This document shows positions 23,901 to 34,276 of a stretch of 64,000 nt of DNA, one piece after another. Under the pieces are notes generated by a model that was given only the letters and a program-made list of their open reading frames with translations, was not told where the DNA came from and did not search any database. Numbering within the stretch: the stretch's first letter is position 1; every line of letters starts with the position of its first letter. Origin of the DNA: Sporopachydermia quercuum (lineage: Eukaryota); NCBI GenBank assembly GCA_001599295.1, contig BCGN01000006.1, forward strand, positions 1,054,001-1,118,000, in the 5' to 3' direction. The translations under genes and the position numbers were made by a program.

Positions 23901-23905
23901 TCATA

Positions 23906-25852
23906 ATGACAGTCAAAGANGAAGTAAACTTACCTCTGGCTTATAAACCAGCTGACTACGATATTCCTGCTGAAGCTTTCTACGGCTCATTCAAACCTGA
24001 TCCTGAGCAAGTAAAGGCCTCTGATGTAAGTGCATTAGCTTCTGCTTGGGTTTCTTCTTTCAATGCTCTTCTGGAAAAATCGTGGTCTGATCCTTCTATA
24101 CTTGCTGACAAGGAATCAGGCTTACCTTTGTATCTCATGAGCCACTCAGGCTGGAGAGATCACCTTACTTTCCAATGGGATCTTCGCCAGTTCAATGGAT
24201 TACCAAAGATCATTGAAAATATTGCCGAAAAGCAATCGAGAACCAAAATTGGTAAATTGGAACTAGATTTTGATGCTCATCCTAAGGTAGCTCCCAAAGG
24301 TGCCCACCTGATTACATTCCATGAAAATACAACACCACCAATTGAGTGGATTCAATGCTATGTTAAGTTCACAACTGCCTTAGGAACTGGTAAAGGTATC
24401 ATCAAACTTGTATCAGTAGAAACAAACACTCCTGGTGGTTTGAGAGCTCTTACGATTTATACATTATTGGACCAAATAAAAGGAAGTGAAGAAAGAAAAG
24501 GTAGTTTGAGACCAGAAGGTGTAAACCACGGAGAAAACATTGGTAGGAAATCTTGGCTTGAGAGGAGAATTGATGAAGCGAACTACGGTGATGAATATAA
24601 CAGACATCCAACTGTGTTAATCGTTGGTGGTGGACAAGGAGGTCTCAATGTTGCTTCCAGATTGAAAACTATGGGAATTGATTCATTAATTGTAGAGAAA
24701 AATGATAGAATCGGTGATAATTGGAGAAACAGGTATAAGTTCTTAGTGCTCCATGATCCTGTATGGTATGACCATTTGTCGTATATTAATTTTCCTGACA
24801 CCTGGCCAATTTTCACTCCTAAGGATAAACTTGGTGATTGGTTTGAATCCTATGCTAAATCAATGGAATTGAACACTTTGACGAGCACAGTTGTTCAAGG
24901 AGCCACTTTTGATGAAAAGACTGAAACCTGGTGTGTTAATGTTAAAAACATCAAAAATGATACTACTAATGTACTACGACCAACTCATGTCGTAATGGCA
25001 ACAGGACATTCTGGTGAACCAAATATTCCTCATTTCAAAGGCCAGCAAAGATTCAAAGGTGTCATTGTTCATTCCAGTCAGCATAAAACTGGGTCTGATT
25101 TCACCGGCAAAAAAGCGGTAGTCATTGGTAGTTGTAATTCAGCTCACGATATTGCTCAGGATTTCTACGAGCAAGGCGCATCGGTAACAATGATTCAAAG
25201 AAGCTCAACCAACGTTGTTTCTGCTGATTGGGGTTTACCATTGATCAATAAAGGTGTATATGATGAAAGTGGACCAAAAACAGACGTTGCTGACCTGATG
25301 TCCAATTCCAATCCATTGTTTATGACTAATTTACTGTTCCAACAGTATTATAGACAAATTGCAGAAAAGGATAAAGATTTACTTCAAGGATTAACAAAAG
25401 CTGGATTTAAATTGGATTATGGTTATGGCCAAACTGGATTGTTTGGAAAATATGCTAGAAGAGGTGGTGGCTATTATATTGATGTTGGAGCCTCTAAGTT
25501 GATTATTGATGGTAAGATTAAAGTCAAGTCGGGAGTTGAAGTAGATCATTTTGAAGAAAATGCTGTTGTTTTAACTGACGGCAGTAGAATTGATGATTTA
25601 TCGATTATTGTTCTTGCAACTGGTTATTCAAATATGAAAGATACCGCTAAGAGAATCTTTGGTGGTAAAGTAGGTGAAGTTCTACAGAAGAGTGATGTGT
25701 GGGGCTACGATCAAGAAGGAGAGTTGAGAGTTATTTGGAGAAAAACTGATCAAAAGAACTTTTGGTATATGGGAGGAAATCTTGCTATTAGCAGATTCTA
25801 TTCAAAGAGGCTTGCCCATCAAATTGTAGCTTCCTTGAGAAATCTATCATGA
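23906..25852 (+). CDS. Flavin-containing monooxygenase, type II FMO with an N-terminal extension
   Basis: IVGGGQGG (FAD binding), GDNWRNRYKFLVLHDPVWYDHL, MATGHSG, FKGVIVHSSQH fingerprint, VIGSCNSAHD (NAD(P)H binding) and LATGY. Confidence 0.9.
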   Translation: MTVKXEVNLPLAYKPADYDIPAEAFYGSFKPDPEQVKASDVSALASAWVSSFNALLEKSWSDPSILADKESGLPLYLMSHSGWRDHLTFQWDLRQFNGLPKIIENIAEKQSRTKIGKLELDFDAHPKVAPKGAHLITFHENTTPPIEWIQCYVKFTTALGTGKGIIKLVSVETNTPGGLRALTIYTLLDQIKGSEERKGSLRPEGVNHGENIGRKSWLERRIDEANYGDEYNRHPTVLIVGGGQGGLNVASRLKTMGIDSLIVEKNDRIGDNWRNRYKFLVLHDPVWYDHLSYINFPDTWPIFTPKDKLGDWFESYAKSMELNTLTSTVVQGATFDEKTETWCVNVKNIKNDTTNVLRPTHVVMATGHSGEPNIPHFKGQQRFKGVIVHSSQHKTGSDFTGKKAVVIGSCNSAHDIAQDFYEQGASVTMIQRSSTNVVSADWGLPLINKGVYDESGPKTDVADLMSNSNPLFMTNLLFQQYYRQIAEKDKDLLQGLTKAGFKLDYGYGQTGLFGKYARRGGGYYIDVGASKLIIDGKIKVKSGVEVDHFEENAVVLTDGSRIDDLSIIVLATGYSNMKDTAKRIFGGKVGEVLQKSDVWGYDQEGELRVIWRKTDQKNFWYMGGNLAISRFYSKRLAHQIVASLRNLS

Positions 25853-26728
25853 GTTGGTTCTTATGGTGATTGANTGATCATGAGGAAGTGAATGATTTGA
25901 TGATTGATGATAATATGATGATTTTGTATAATGTTATCTTTATAAGAAATAAATGTCTTATTATTTAAAGAGGATATTGGCATTGTAGGTAGTAACGTAA
26001 GAAAAGGTATCTTATTATTGCCATTTGGCTGAGTAATAGAAGAAGACGATAACATGCGTCCTCGTACGACTATCCGTTGAAATTCTGCAATCGAAGTGGA
26101 GTAGGAAGGTATATGAATTGACTAGTATTGCCCCTAATTTATCCTTTAAAGTGACTTTACATGGCTAGTAATTTCTAATGAAATATTTGATTAAATATCT
26201 AACAATTATTCGGTCGAATTCCGTAATAGTGAACTATCCAAGTCGCTATCAATGAGAAACTACAATTACTGCTTTCTTGACGAAATTTCGCTTTTAATAT
26301 TAAAGTTACAATTAGCGTATGCTAGTGAAATTCTTTAAATAAACTTTTCGCTTTCTCCAAACTTAACCTCCCACCGAAACTTTACTTCTTCGTTACTCTC
26401 ACTGTTTGATTTCACGGGTAGAGTTATTTCCTTAAAGCGAGAGAGTTGTAGCTATTGATTAATCGTGCTCTTTCTGGCCCAAAGCAAACAATAGAATTAA
26501 TTTGGTTCATCGTACTGATAGAAAATACACTGTAGTTTCCAGCTTAGAGATTCAACTGCCGTTCTGGAATAGTCCTACTTCACTCACTTCATTCACTCAC
26601 AGCCTCCAACCTGCAGTTTAATTCTCATAACTACTATCATCCCCAGCTACAATATAATCAGCACAGAAAAAAGTGTCTACTTAAATGGAGAACAGCCATC
26701 AAAATAATTGTCTGCTGCTTTTTCGATA

Positions 26729-29023
26729 ATGGAAAACATCGAAACTCCCCCTATCAAATCCATCTATTTTGACTCCCTTTCCTCACTCTTCGACTGGTAC
26801 CAACTACGGATCTCTTCTACCGTTAATGAGCTATCAGAAGACAAACTTCGAATATCTCGAGACAGCATCAACTTAACTTTTCGTACAAGACAATCAAGCT
26901 CTGGTAATTTGATTGAACCTAGTAAGAAAGTGAGAATCCTTGTTTGCCACGATTTCAAAGGAGGATATGTCGTTAACGAAGACGAATCATCAACTGCGTA
27001 TTTCCCTCATCCAACAGGGGTTCATTATTCACTAAGATACCCGGAACTTGTAGATCAATTTGTTTATTTCTCACATCACCGAATAACTGTTCCTCCTGTG
27101 AGTTGGATTTCGTTTTGCCATAGAAATGGAATTCCCTGTCTAGGAACGATTCTATTCGAATCCAGAAACAGTACGTCGGAGATTGACCAACTACTGGGAG
27201 ACACAGGGAGAGAAAAGCAACAAGGAACCGAAAGTGATTCTGGTACTAAACATGCATTTATTTATACTGAGGTATTAACGTTTCTTGCAAAGTATTATAA
27301 TTTTGACGGCTGGCTGTTGAATATCGAATGTAAATTGTCATCAGGTGCTCTTGCTCCAAAGCTGGCACGGTTCGTATCCCAGTTGAAGTTCATGCTCCAT
27401 GACTCAATTCATATTAAATACTCTTTTGAAGACGATTCTGATGGAATATCTATTGAAAATCACCAATTGATTTGGTATGATGCTTTGTTGCCTGACTATA
27501 ACGTAGTTGCATATCAGAATTGTCTGAATAGGTTCAACTGGAGATTCTTTGAAGCCTCGGATGCTATCTTCACGAACTACTGGTGGGATCAAGAAACTCT
27601 TTTCAGGCAGAAGGCTGATGCTGGAAAATTGATTTGTAGAAACCAAATATGGAACGGGATTGACATTTTTGGGAGACGAACTTTTGGTGGTGGAGGATTT
27701 GACACAGGGAAAGCCTTAACGTTGCTGAATATGAATGAAACGAATGCAGCATTGTTTGCCCCTGGTTGGACCTATGAGACGTTTCCTATTCAGCTGTATA
27801 AAGAAGCTGATGACTTATTTTGGTTAGGAGGATCCAGAAACTGTTTTATGAATAGTATGACAATTGGCAAAGGAACCAATGATGATCAGCTAACATCTAC
27901 AGTAACATCTACAATAACTGTTGATGGAGTAGCTAAATACACAGGTGAGTTCTCAGCACCTGTTTTCCTGATTCCCCAACCACAGCAAGGAAAAGAAGAC
28001 CTGAAAACTGCCCTGGCAAATGGCAAAATTGCTGTTAAAGNCTCAAATCCATATTTATCACCAAATAATTATAATGGTTTTATCTTTTACACGAATTTCC
28101 AATCCGGAGAAGGTCCTTTCTACAACGTCTGTGGGATCACGACGTATAGGAAGCCATGGGTCTATGGAGCTCATCAATTTCCAGTGCCAAAGACAGAGGA
28201 AAAGTCAGGAATTGCTGTTGATAATGAAGTGGCTTTTATGGGATCCAGTTGTTTGAAAGTAGAGCTTTCAGGTAAAAGTTCTGCCGCTGATAGCATAAAT
28301 GGTTCCATCAGTAGGTCATCAGATTCATTCATAGGACTATCTACAGGAACGTCTACAGGAAGAAACGTGAATGATATTTATGAAACAATGTTGTTTCGAT
28401 TAACAAGTTTAATGTTAAGTAAAGTGACAATAAGAATAAGTTATTATATGAATAACAATAGTAACAATTGTACAATTGAAAGCACTACCAAGTCTACAAT
28501 ATACCTGATAGTCAGATACAAGAGGAGAGGTTCTTCCATCATAGAGTTCAGCGAATTTGCTATTCCTCTTGAAAATACCAAATCCTGGAAGTCATCAACC
28601 TTTGGTTTCAATTCTCCTTTTTCTCAGTACAAGGACTGGTTTATCGAAGATATTCTCATTAGGCATTCTACCCTTGACATAGGCTCAATTCTATATATAG
28701 GGGACCTAATGGTAATGTCATCAATGGCGGATGAATCAGACATCGATAAACCAGGAAGTATAGATAAAGAGCAGGTGAACATTGAGACACTGGAAGACAA
28801 GAGTTTGGTAATAGTTGATTGGCTGGATCATTGGAATTCTTTATATTGGTTGATATATCTTGAAGGGGAATTGTTGACTATTTCCCACACTGCCAGCTGT
28901 GCTGTTAGATTAGAAGCATTAGAAGGGAAAATAAGAGTCGATTCAATCACGAGAACAGGAGAATTAATAACTGGAACTGAATTGAACATTAGAAGCAAAA
29001 GTCGGCAACTGCAAAGCATTTGA
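26729..29023 (+). CDS. Cytosolic endo-beta-N-acetylglucosaminidase (GH85, ENGase)
   Basis: LVCHDFKGGY, FVYFSHHRITVPP..W...CHRNG...LGT, FDGWLLNIE (catalytic Asn/Glu), IWYDA, IFTNYWW, GIDIFGR and ALFAPGWTYE. No signal peptide; first ATG at 26729. Confidence 0.93.
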   Translation: MENIETPPIKSIYFDSLSSLFDWYQLRISSTVNELSEDKLRISRDSINLTFRTRQSSSGNLIEPSKKVRILVCHDFKGGYVVNEDESSTAYFPHPTGVHYSLRYPELVDQFVYFSHHRITVPPVSWISFCHRNGIPCLGTILFESRNSTSEIDQLLGDTGREKQQGTESDSGTKHAFIYTEVLTFLAKYYNFDGWLLNIECKLSSGALAPKLARFVSQLKFMLHDSIHIKYSFEDDSDGISIENHQLIWYDALLPDYNVVAYQNCLNRFNWRFFEASDAIFTNYWWDQETLFRQKADAGKLICRNQIWNGIDIFGRRTFGGGGFDTGKALTLLNMNETNAALFAPGWTYETFPIQLYKEADDLFWLGGSRNCFMNSMTIGKGTNDDQLTSTVTSTITVDGVAKYTGEFSAPVFLIPQPQQGKEDLKTALANGKIAVKXSNPYLSPNNYNGFIFYTNFQSGEGPFYNVCGITTYRKPWVYGAHQFPVPKTEEKSGIAVDNEVAFMGSSCLKVELSGKSSAADSINGSISRSSDSFIGLSTGTSTGRNVNDIYETMLFRLTSLMLSKVTIRISYYMNNNSNNCTIESTTKSTIYLIVRYKRRGSSIIEFSEFAIPLENTKSWKSSTFGFNSPFSQYKDWFIEDILIRHSTLDIGSILYIGDLMVMSSMADESDIDKPGSIDKEQVNIETLEDKSLVIVDWLDHWNSLYWLIYLEGELLTISHTASCAVRLEALEGKIRVDSITRTGELITGTELNIRSKSRQLQSI

Positions 29024-30023
29024 TATGCTACCTCAGGACTAACAGCCTACTAGCATGTTAGATATGTATATTTATAGATATTAGCAACAGAATAGGATAC
29101 ATATTTAACAATGAAACGAAAGGTCTGCGGGTATTATGATATTCTTTACATATGCTTAAATTAGCTACTAATGTTTTTCTCCAGAGAAAAAACCATTGGC
29201 AGAAATAGAACAACCTGTGGCAAGCTACAAAACAAATCTCTTAGATACAAGACGGACATAACAGCGTAGACAACACTCAAGTACGAGGACGAGAAGGAGA
29301 TATTAAGGAAAGTATTCAACATACACATCAGCAGATTAGCCAGCGGACCACCACGTTGACAGTGCTATTATACTACGTTTTCTGTACTTTGTCCTATGTT
29401 TTGATGCTGTAAGGAGTAATTGTGAGTGTCACGCTCTTGTTGGCCATTCAAGTTGCTGTTCTAGAATTGAGGCTTGTCTATTATTAATCAAACAATCAAA
29501 TGTAGAAACACAATGGTAATCTGTGAAATACTACCAAAATGAGGACCTTTGTATGGGGAAAGAAGTCACAGCACCAGCATTAGTAGTATGATTCTACTCT
29601 TACAGCCGAATCAATATGATCAGATGCTATTATTGTCAATATGTACTAAAAATACACCGAAATGCGGCCCAATATGCAAATGGAACTGTGTAGCTGGAAT
29701 GAAAAATAAAAGATGCTCCAATGAGTGCTGGTGTATAATTTAAACAACAAGCAACAAGAAAGAAAGAAATAATAAATAAGGGAAAGAAGGAACCGATTGA
29801 GCCGAATTGAAGTGAAACGGTTCTTACCGCCAACCAATCCAGTCCAATCCAGGTCCTCCAATTCGAATTCCCAGTAAAAGAATAAAATAAAATCAATCAA
29901 TAGCAATGAAATAAACAAGTATTAATCTTTGGAAGTTGTTTTTAAGCAAGATAATCAAAAAACCAAATAAAGGTAAGAATGCAATGCACAAGAAAAGCAA
30001 TCTTGTCCAATCTGCCGAATAAA

Positions 30024-30756
30024 TCAAAACAAAGCAATAGCCCCAACAAATAAAACAAAGCAAATAAAACAAAACAAAACAAAGCAAATAAAGCAATTGG
30101 AAGCCGATAAAGAAAATCATTCCCCATAATAACATATTAACCATAGTTGAAGCCATATTCATACATATAGTCTTAGTACAACTAGGGAATAGGAATAGGA
30201 ATAGGAATAATAATATCCACGACAAACAATAAGTCGCACCAACCCTTCAGCTGTCAAATAAATAGTCCTTGTCTTAAGCGTTGAATATAATTAATATAAT
30301 GAATAGAATAACAGAGAGATTTGATAACGGTAGAGATACAATAATAGCAATAGTAAAACCCTGTCGACGGTGTACTTGATAGGGCTTTTAGCAAACAAAG
30401 AGGGGAAAGATAGAAAAGAAGAGGAGAGGAAAGCAGAGAAGGAAAAGGGAGACAAATGAACTACATAGTAATCAAGAAGCATGCATTTGTCCCGAATCTG
30501 CAGAATATTAAGAAAACATGAAAGAAATAGAAGGAAATAGAAGGAAATAAGAGAAATAAAAATTACTGGCTGTGACCAATAATTTCCATCAACTTCTGCA
30601 ATCAAGTTTGCAGTTTCACTAAATTTCACTATCTGCAGTAACTATGTAGCTATCAGTTAATACACCAATAACAGAAATCCATCAGTGAAAAAGCTAAATG
30701 GAAGTGAAAGGGAAGTCAACAAGACTACTAGATTGATGAACAAACAAACAAACAAA
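30024..30756. repeat. Cluster of short simple repeats downstream of the YTH gene: AAAAC/AAAGC-type run, (GGAATA)4 at 30186-30209, (CAAA)4 at 30741-30756
   Basis: Read directly from the sequence; they explain the spurious F/L/I-rich minus-strand ORFs here. Confidence 0.7.
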
Positions 30757-31213
30757 TGATTGTCCTGCTCAAAGCGGGGGCACAGTAAAGTTAGCACCTT
30801 TAATAACTAAAGGTAACTAACTCATTGATTGACTCGATAATCTAATAAGTTCAGCATAATGAAGTATAATGGCTTTTCATTTTTACCCATCAATTCAATC
30901 AAATGCTTCAATTCGGGCTTCTGATCTCAAATTAGAAAACAAAACCTACTGATGGAAGATGTAACTGTTTGATATTTATATGTATGTTTGATTCAATTCA
31001 ATAAAATCTCAATTCAGTTCAAATTAAAATCCAATCAAGTACATTTCTCAATTATTCCTTTCAATAGCACTTCATTCCGCCATTACCAGTAAGTATCAAA
31101 TTAAGTATCAGTTCACCAATCAACATCGATACAAATTACTTTGCTAACGCCAATAACGATAACAACAATCATTCAGCTCGTGTTCATCCTCATATTCGTT
31201 CTCATATCAATAT

Positions 31214-34200
31214 TTATGTCAACACCAGTTTATTGACAGGAAACAGAGAAATGATAGCCTCAGCAGCCGCTTCTTCTACCCTTGTTCCGTCACGAGCCAC
31301 TTTGACCTCCTTATTATGATTATAGTTATTCTTCACGTTCTTTACTTTCCAGAATGGCACCCTGATGTTCCTCCTAGCAACCAAATCCTCAGGAAGAGGA
31401 TAAACCCACCGTACTTTGAAGGGGTACGTCCAATTAGCAGCATTTTTGGTTCCTGAAGACTTCTGACCGTCAGCTTTACTGTTACCATCAGAGTCTGATT
31501 TACGGTCCTTTTCCTTGTCCTTTTTGTCGAAATTTGACGTTGATAAGCCATCGCAGTTACTCTCATTCTGTTCATCAGAGTAAACCAATTCATTTTTCCA
31601 GTCAAACGCTTCCCAGAACATGATTCCTCTTTCCAAATCATCTATGATTCTTCCTCTAGGAAGCTTTCCGAGTTTTGGAACGAACAGCACCTTAGGAATG
31701 TGAATATTATCTGATGTTGGTGCTGAAGCAGGCAATGATTCAAAAGTTTCTTCGATTGATGATGATTTACCTTCCAAAGACTTAACTTCCCGGGCACTGT
31801 TCTGACCACCCTGGCCAAAAAGCTCTCCTTCATGAGCGGTGGGGATCTCTTCTACCATTTCCGCATAGCCAAAATACTCACCTGTACGATTGCCAGAGAA
31901 TATCAAATACACATGATCATTCCTAGCAAAGTATTTATTGAATTTCGATACCAAATGGCTTTGAGTGGCCCACATATTAGACATTACGCTGTTTTCCAGA
32001 TCTTCTGTGGTAAGGCTCTTGCAGATGAAATACGCACATCGTGGTTTGTCAGCCCTGCTTGTTCTTGAATCTTCAGAGCCGGTACTTACAGTTGAAGATG
32101 CTGATGATCCGACTTCCGAGTCGTACTCATCGCTGTTGTCTTTCTTTGGTCTAATTGTCAGCTTCCTGCCACCAACATAGATTTTCTTGCTAACCGAGGC
32201 TGCAGCGGGTGTAGAAACAGGATTAACATCTGTAGCATCACCAGAAGCTGGGTCAACAACCGGTGCTTCATTTGCTTGCTTTGCTTCACCATCTGCAAGC
32301 GTCAATAATGATTTTCCAGGTATTCCACGTGCTTGAGACACAGAATTAACAGTTCCTTTCCCAGGTGGCTCGTTTGCTTGCGAGTTCAAATCTGCTGGTT
32401 CATGTTCATTCTTGATTATACCTTCAGAGCTTTTTTCCTTCTCCTTTTCCTTCTCTTTCTCCCGAAGTCTTTCCTCTTCTACTACGCGGTCAAACGTGGC
32501 ATCCATAGCTTCCTTAGTTCGATAATTAGCAAAAGCACAACCAGACTTCTGTATATAGAAAATGCTCGCTAGTTCTTCATCTGCCAGTATTCTCATCAAT
32601 GATGATAAGTTCTTATAGCTGAATGAAAGCCTGGACAGTAAAGTATAGAAAAGCTCACGACACTCAGGTTTCGTTTCCATGTCTTCGTTATGTTTTTCTG
32701 AAGTGAAAAATAGATTTAACACAGTAGCTTCTTCTTGGGTTAGTAGCAATATCTCATGATGTTTCTTCTTACCAGAACCTGAACCAGAGCCAGAACTAGA
32801 ATCACCAAAGTTCTCAGGAGGAAGATTGAAGTCGTCACTCTTCTGAGATAGGTTTCCGATCCATAATGTATGTTTGGTTTGAATAGGTTTTCTCGGAGGA
32901 CCTCTGATGATGGAGAGCATGGAGATAGTTAGTTTCGTGAGCAAATGGTTTCCAGCTATTGGATTAGAATCATCCTTCCCATACAGCTCTATTTTCACCT
33001 TCCCTTTACCTTTAAGCTTTCCATCTCCAGTTCCACTTTCACTTCGGTTATCAGAACTAGGATCTGTGAAGAATATTCCTTCCGGTGTAAAGAGGATATT
33101 GTTGTACTGTGATTCTTCCCTGGTATGTTTCAGTGTTACACAATGATCCTGTTGAGGTTGCTGTTTATAAGGTAAGATGTCGCCAATAGAACCACTTTTA
33201 CTGCCGTTTCTACTACCAATGGTGTTGTGATTACTATTTTTTCTCCGACTCCCCTTCGAGGGCTTTCGTCTCTGAATATCCGATACACCTTCCTCTGATG
33301 GAAAATCCTCTTCTGAGTAGAATTTGGACTCACCCGCACACTGGGAGTTGGATTTTATTGAGCCCGTCACAGATCCCGTCATAGAGATATTACCAGTTGA
33401 GCTATTGCCGCTGCTGCTGCTATAATTACCGGAGTAACTAGCAGAATTGCTCAGAGATCGAGCAATCATAGGAGATACCCAGCTCCTAGAAGGGTCGAAG
33501 TGCTCTTCAGATCCAGAAATGGGATACCGAGAGCCTGAATCCCAAGAATATGCATTCCATTGATCAGGAGCAGTAGATAGAGTAGAACGACCCCATGAAG
33601 AGGTCGTCATTGGATGCATGTTATAACCAGGTTCACCGACAGATTCTGAAGGATTCATACAGAGCGAAAACCCTGTAGGATAAACAGCATGAGGATGACC
33701 ATGAGGATGGTGAATATACACGTTAGGTTGAGCAAACTGAATAACATTTGAATGGTACATTGGATCTCCATAGAAGGAGTTCATAGAACCAGGAAACAAA
33801 CGCATAAAATAGGCCTGTTGATTTTGCTGTTGATGAAAGGCATTTTGGTTTTCATTATGACTTCTTTGTTGAGACCTTCTTTTTCTTACTGATTTATGAG
33901 ACTGTTGTTGATTGGTTGGCTTATTGACATGAGGACTTGAGCTTTCATCTTCTTCTTCCTGTTGAGTCTGATAAGACTGAGACTGTTGATGGTGATGATG
34001 ATGATGATGATGGTAACCATGGAAATGATGTTGTTGATAATCTTGTCGAACGTCTCTGATAGGAGGGCCCGGAGATTCCAAACTGAGACGTTGATTGTTC
34101 TGGGAATAAGAATCTAAACCAGATCCGTTTAAAGTCGAAGTCGCGACATCAAACGAATTATTGTGTACCTTGGTATTAGATTTATTATTCGCATAATCTG

Positions 34201-34225
34201 AGTCTTCTCGTTGTTTCTTTGACAT
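31214..34225 (-). CDS. RRM + YTH-domain RNA-binding protein (YTHDC/YT521-B type), about 1003 aa
   Basis: RRM: RGPPRKP..HTLWIGNL (RNP2) and IFYIQKSGCAFANY (RNP1). YTH: YFICKSLTTEDLENS...WATQSH...VYLIFSGNRTGEYFGYAEM ... PFKVRW...VPF...NNYNHNKEVKVARDGTRVE. His/Gln-rich N-terminus; ATG at 34225. Confidence 0.9.
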   Translation of the reverse strand: MSKKQREDSDYANNKSNTKVHNNSFDVATSTLNGSGLDSYSQNNQRLSLESPGPPIRDVRQDYQQHHFHGYHHHHHHHHQQSQSYQTQQEEEDESSSPHVNKPTNQQQSHKSVRKRRSQQRSHNENQNAFHQQQNQQAYFMRLFPGSMNSFYGDPMYHSNVIQFAQPNVYIHHPHGHPHAVYPTGFSLCMNPSESVGEPGYNMHPMTTSSWGRSTLSTAPDQWNAYSWDSGSRYPISGSEEHFDPSRSWVSPMIARSLSNSASYSGNYSSSSGNSSTGNISMTGSVTGSIKSNSQCAGESKFYSEEDFPSEEGVSDIQRRKPSKGSRRKNSNHNTIGSRNGSKSGSIGDILPYKQQPQQDHCVTLKHTREESQYNNILFTPEGIFFTDPSSDNRSESGTGDGKLKGKGKVKIELYGKDDSNPIAGNHLLTKLTISMLSIIRGPPRKPIQTKHTLWIGNLSQKSDDFNLPPENFGDSSSGSGSGSGKKKHHEILLLTQEEATVLNLFFTSEKHNEDMETKPECRELFYTLLSRLSFSYKNLSSLMRILADEELASIFYIQKSGCAFANYRTKEAMDATFDRVVEEERLREKEKEKEKEKSSEGIIKNEHEPADLNSQANEPPGKGTVNSVSQARGIPGKSLLTLADGEAKQANEAPVVDPASGDATDVNPVSTPAAASVSKKIYVGGRKLTIRPKKDNSDEYDSEVGSSASSTVSTGSEDSRTSRADKPRCAYFICKSLTTEDLENSVMSNMWATQSHLVSKFNKYFARNDHVYLIFSGNRTGEYFGYAEMVEEIPTAHEGELFGQGGQNSAREVKSLEGKSSSIEETFESLPASAPTSDNIHIPKVLFVPKLGKLPRGRIIDDLERGIMFWEAFDWKNELVYSDEQNESNCDGLSTSNFDKKDKEKDRKSDSDGNSKADGQKSSGTKNAANWTYPFKVRWVYPLPEDLVARRNIRVPFWKVKNVKNNYNHNKEVKVARDGTRVEEAAAEAIISLFPVNKLVLT

Positions 34226-34276
34226 CAATTACTTCACCAATCCAGTATGAATAAGTAATTAAACGAAAAAGCAGAT

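Noticed and set aside
23906..29023. FMO and ENGase as a horizontally acquired or biosynthetic gene cluster
   Set aside because: No functional link between them, no evident compositional shift, no mobility genes and no backbone biosynthetic enzyme.
29636..30629. Hydrophobic minus-strand ORFs as small membrane proteins
   Set aside because: They overlap in several frames and arise from A-rich simple repeats; mostly non-ATG starts and no recognisable motifs.
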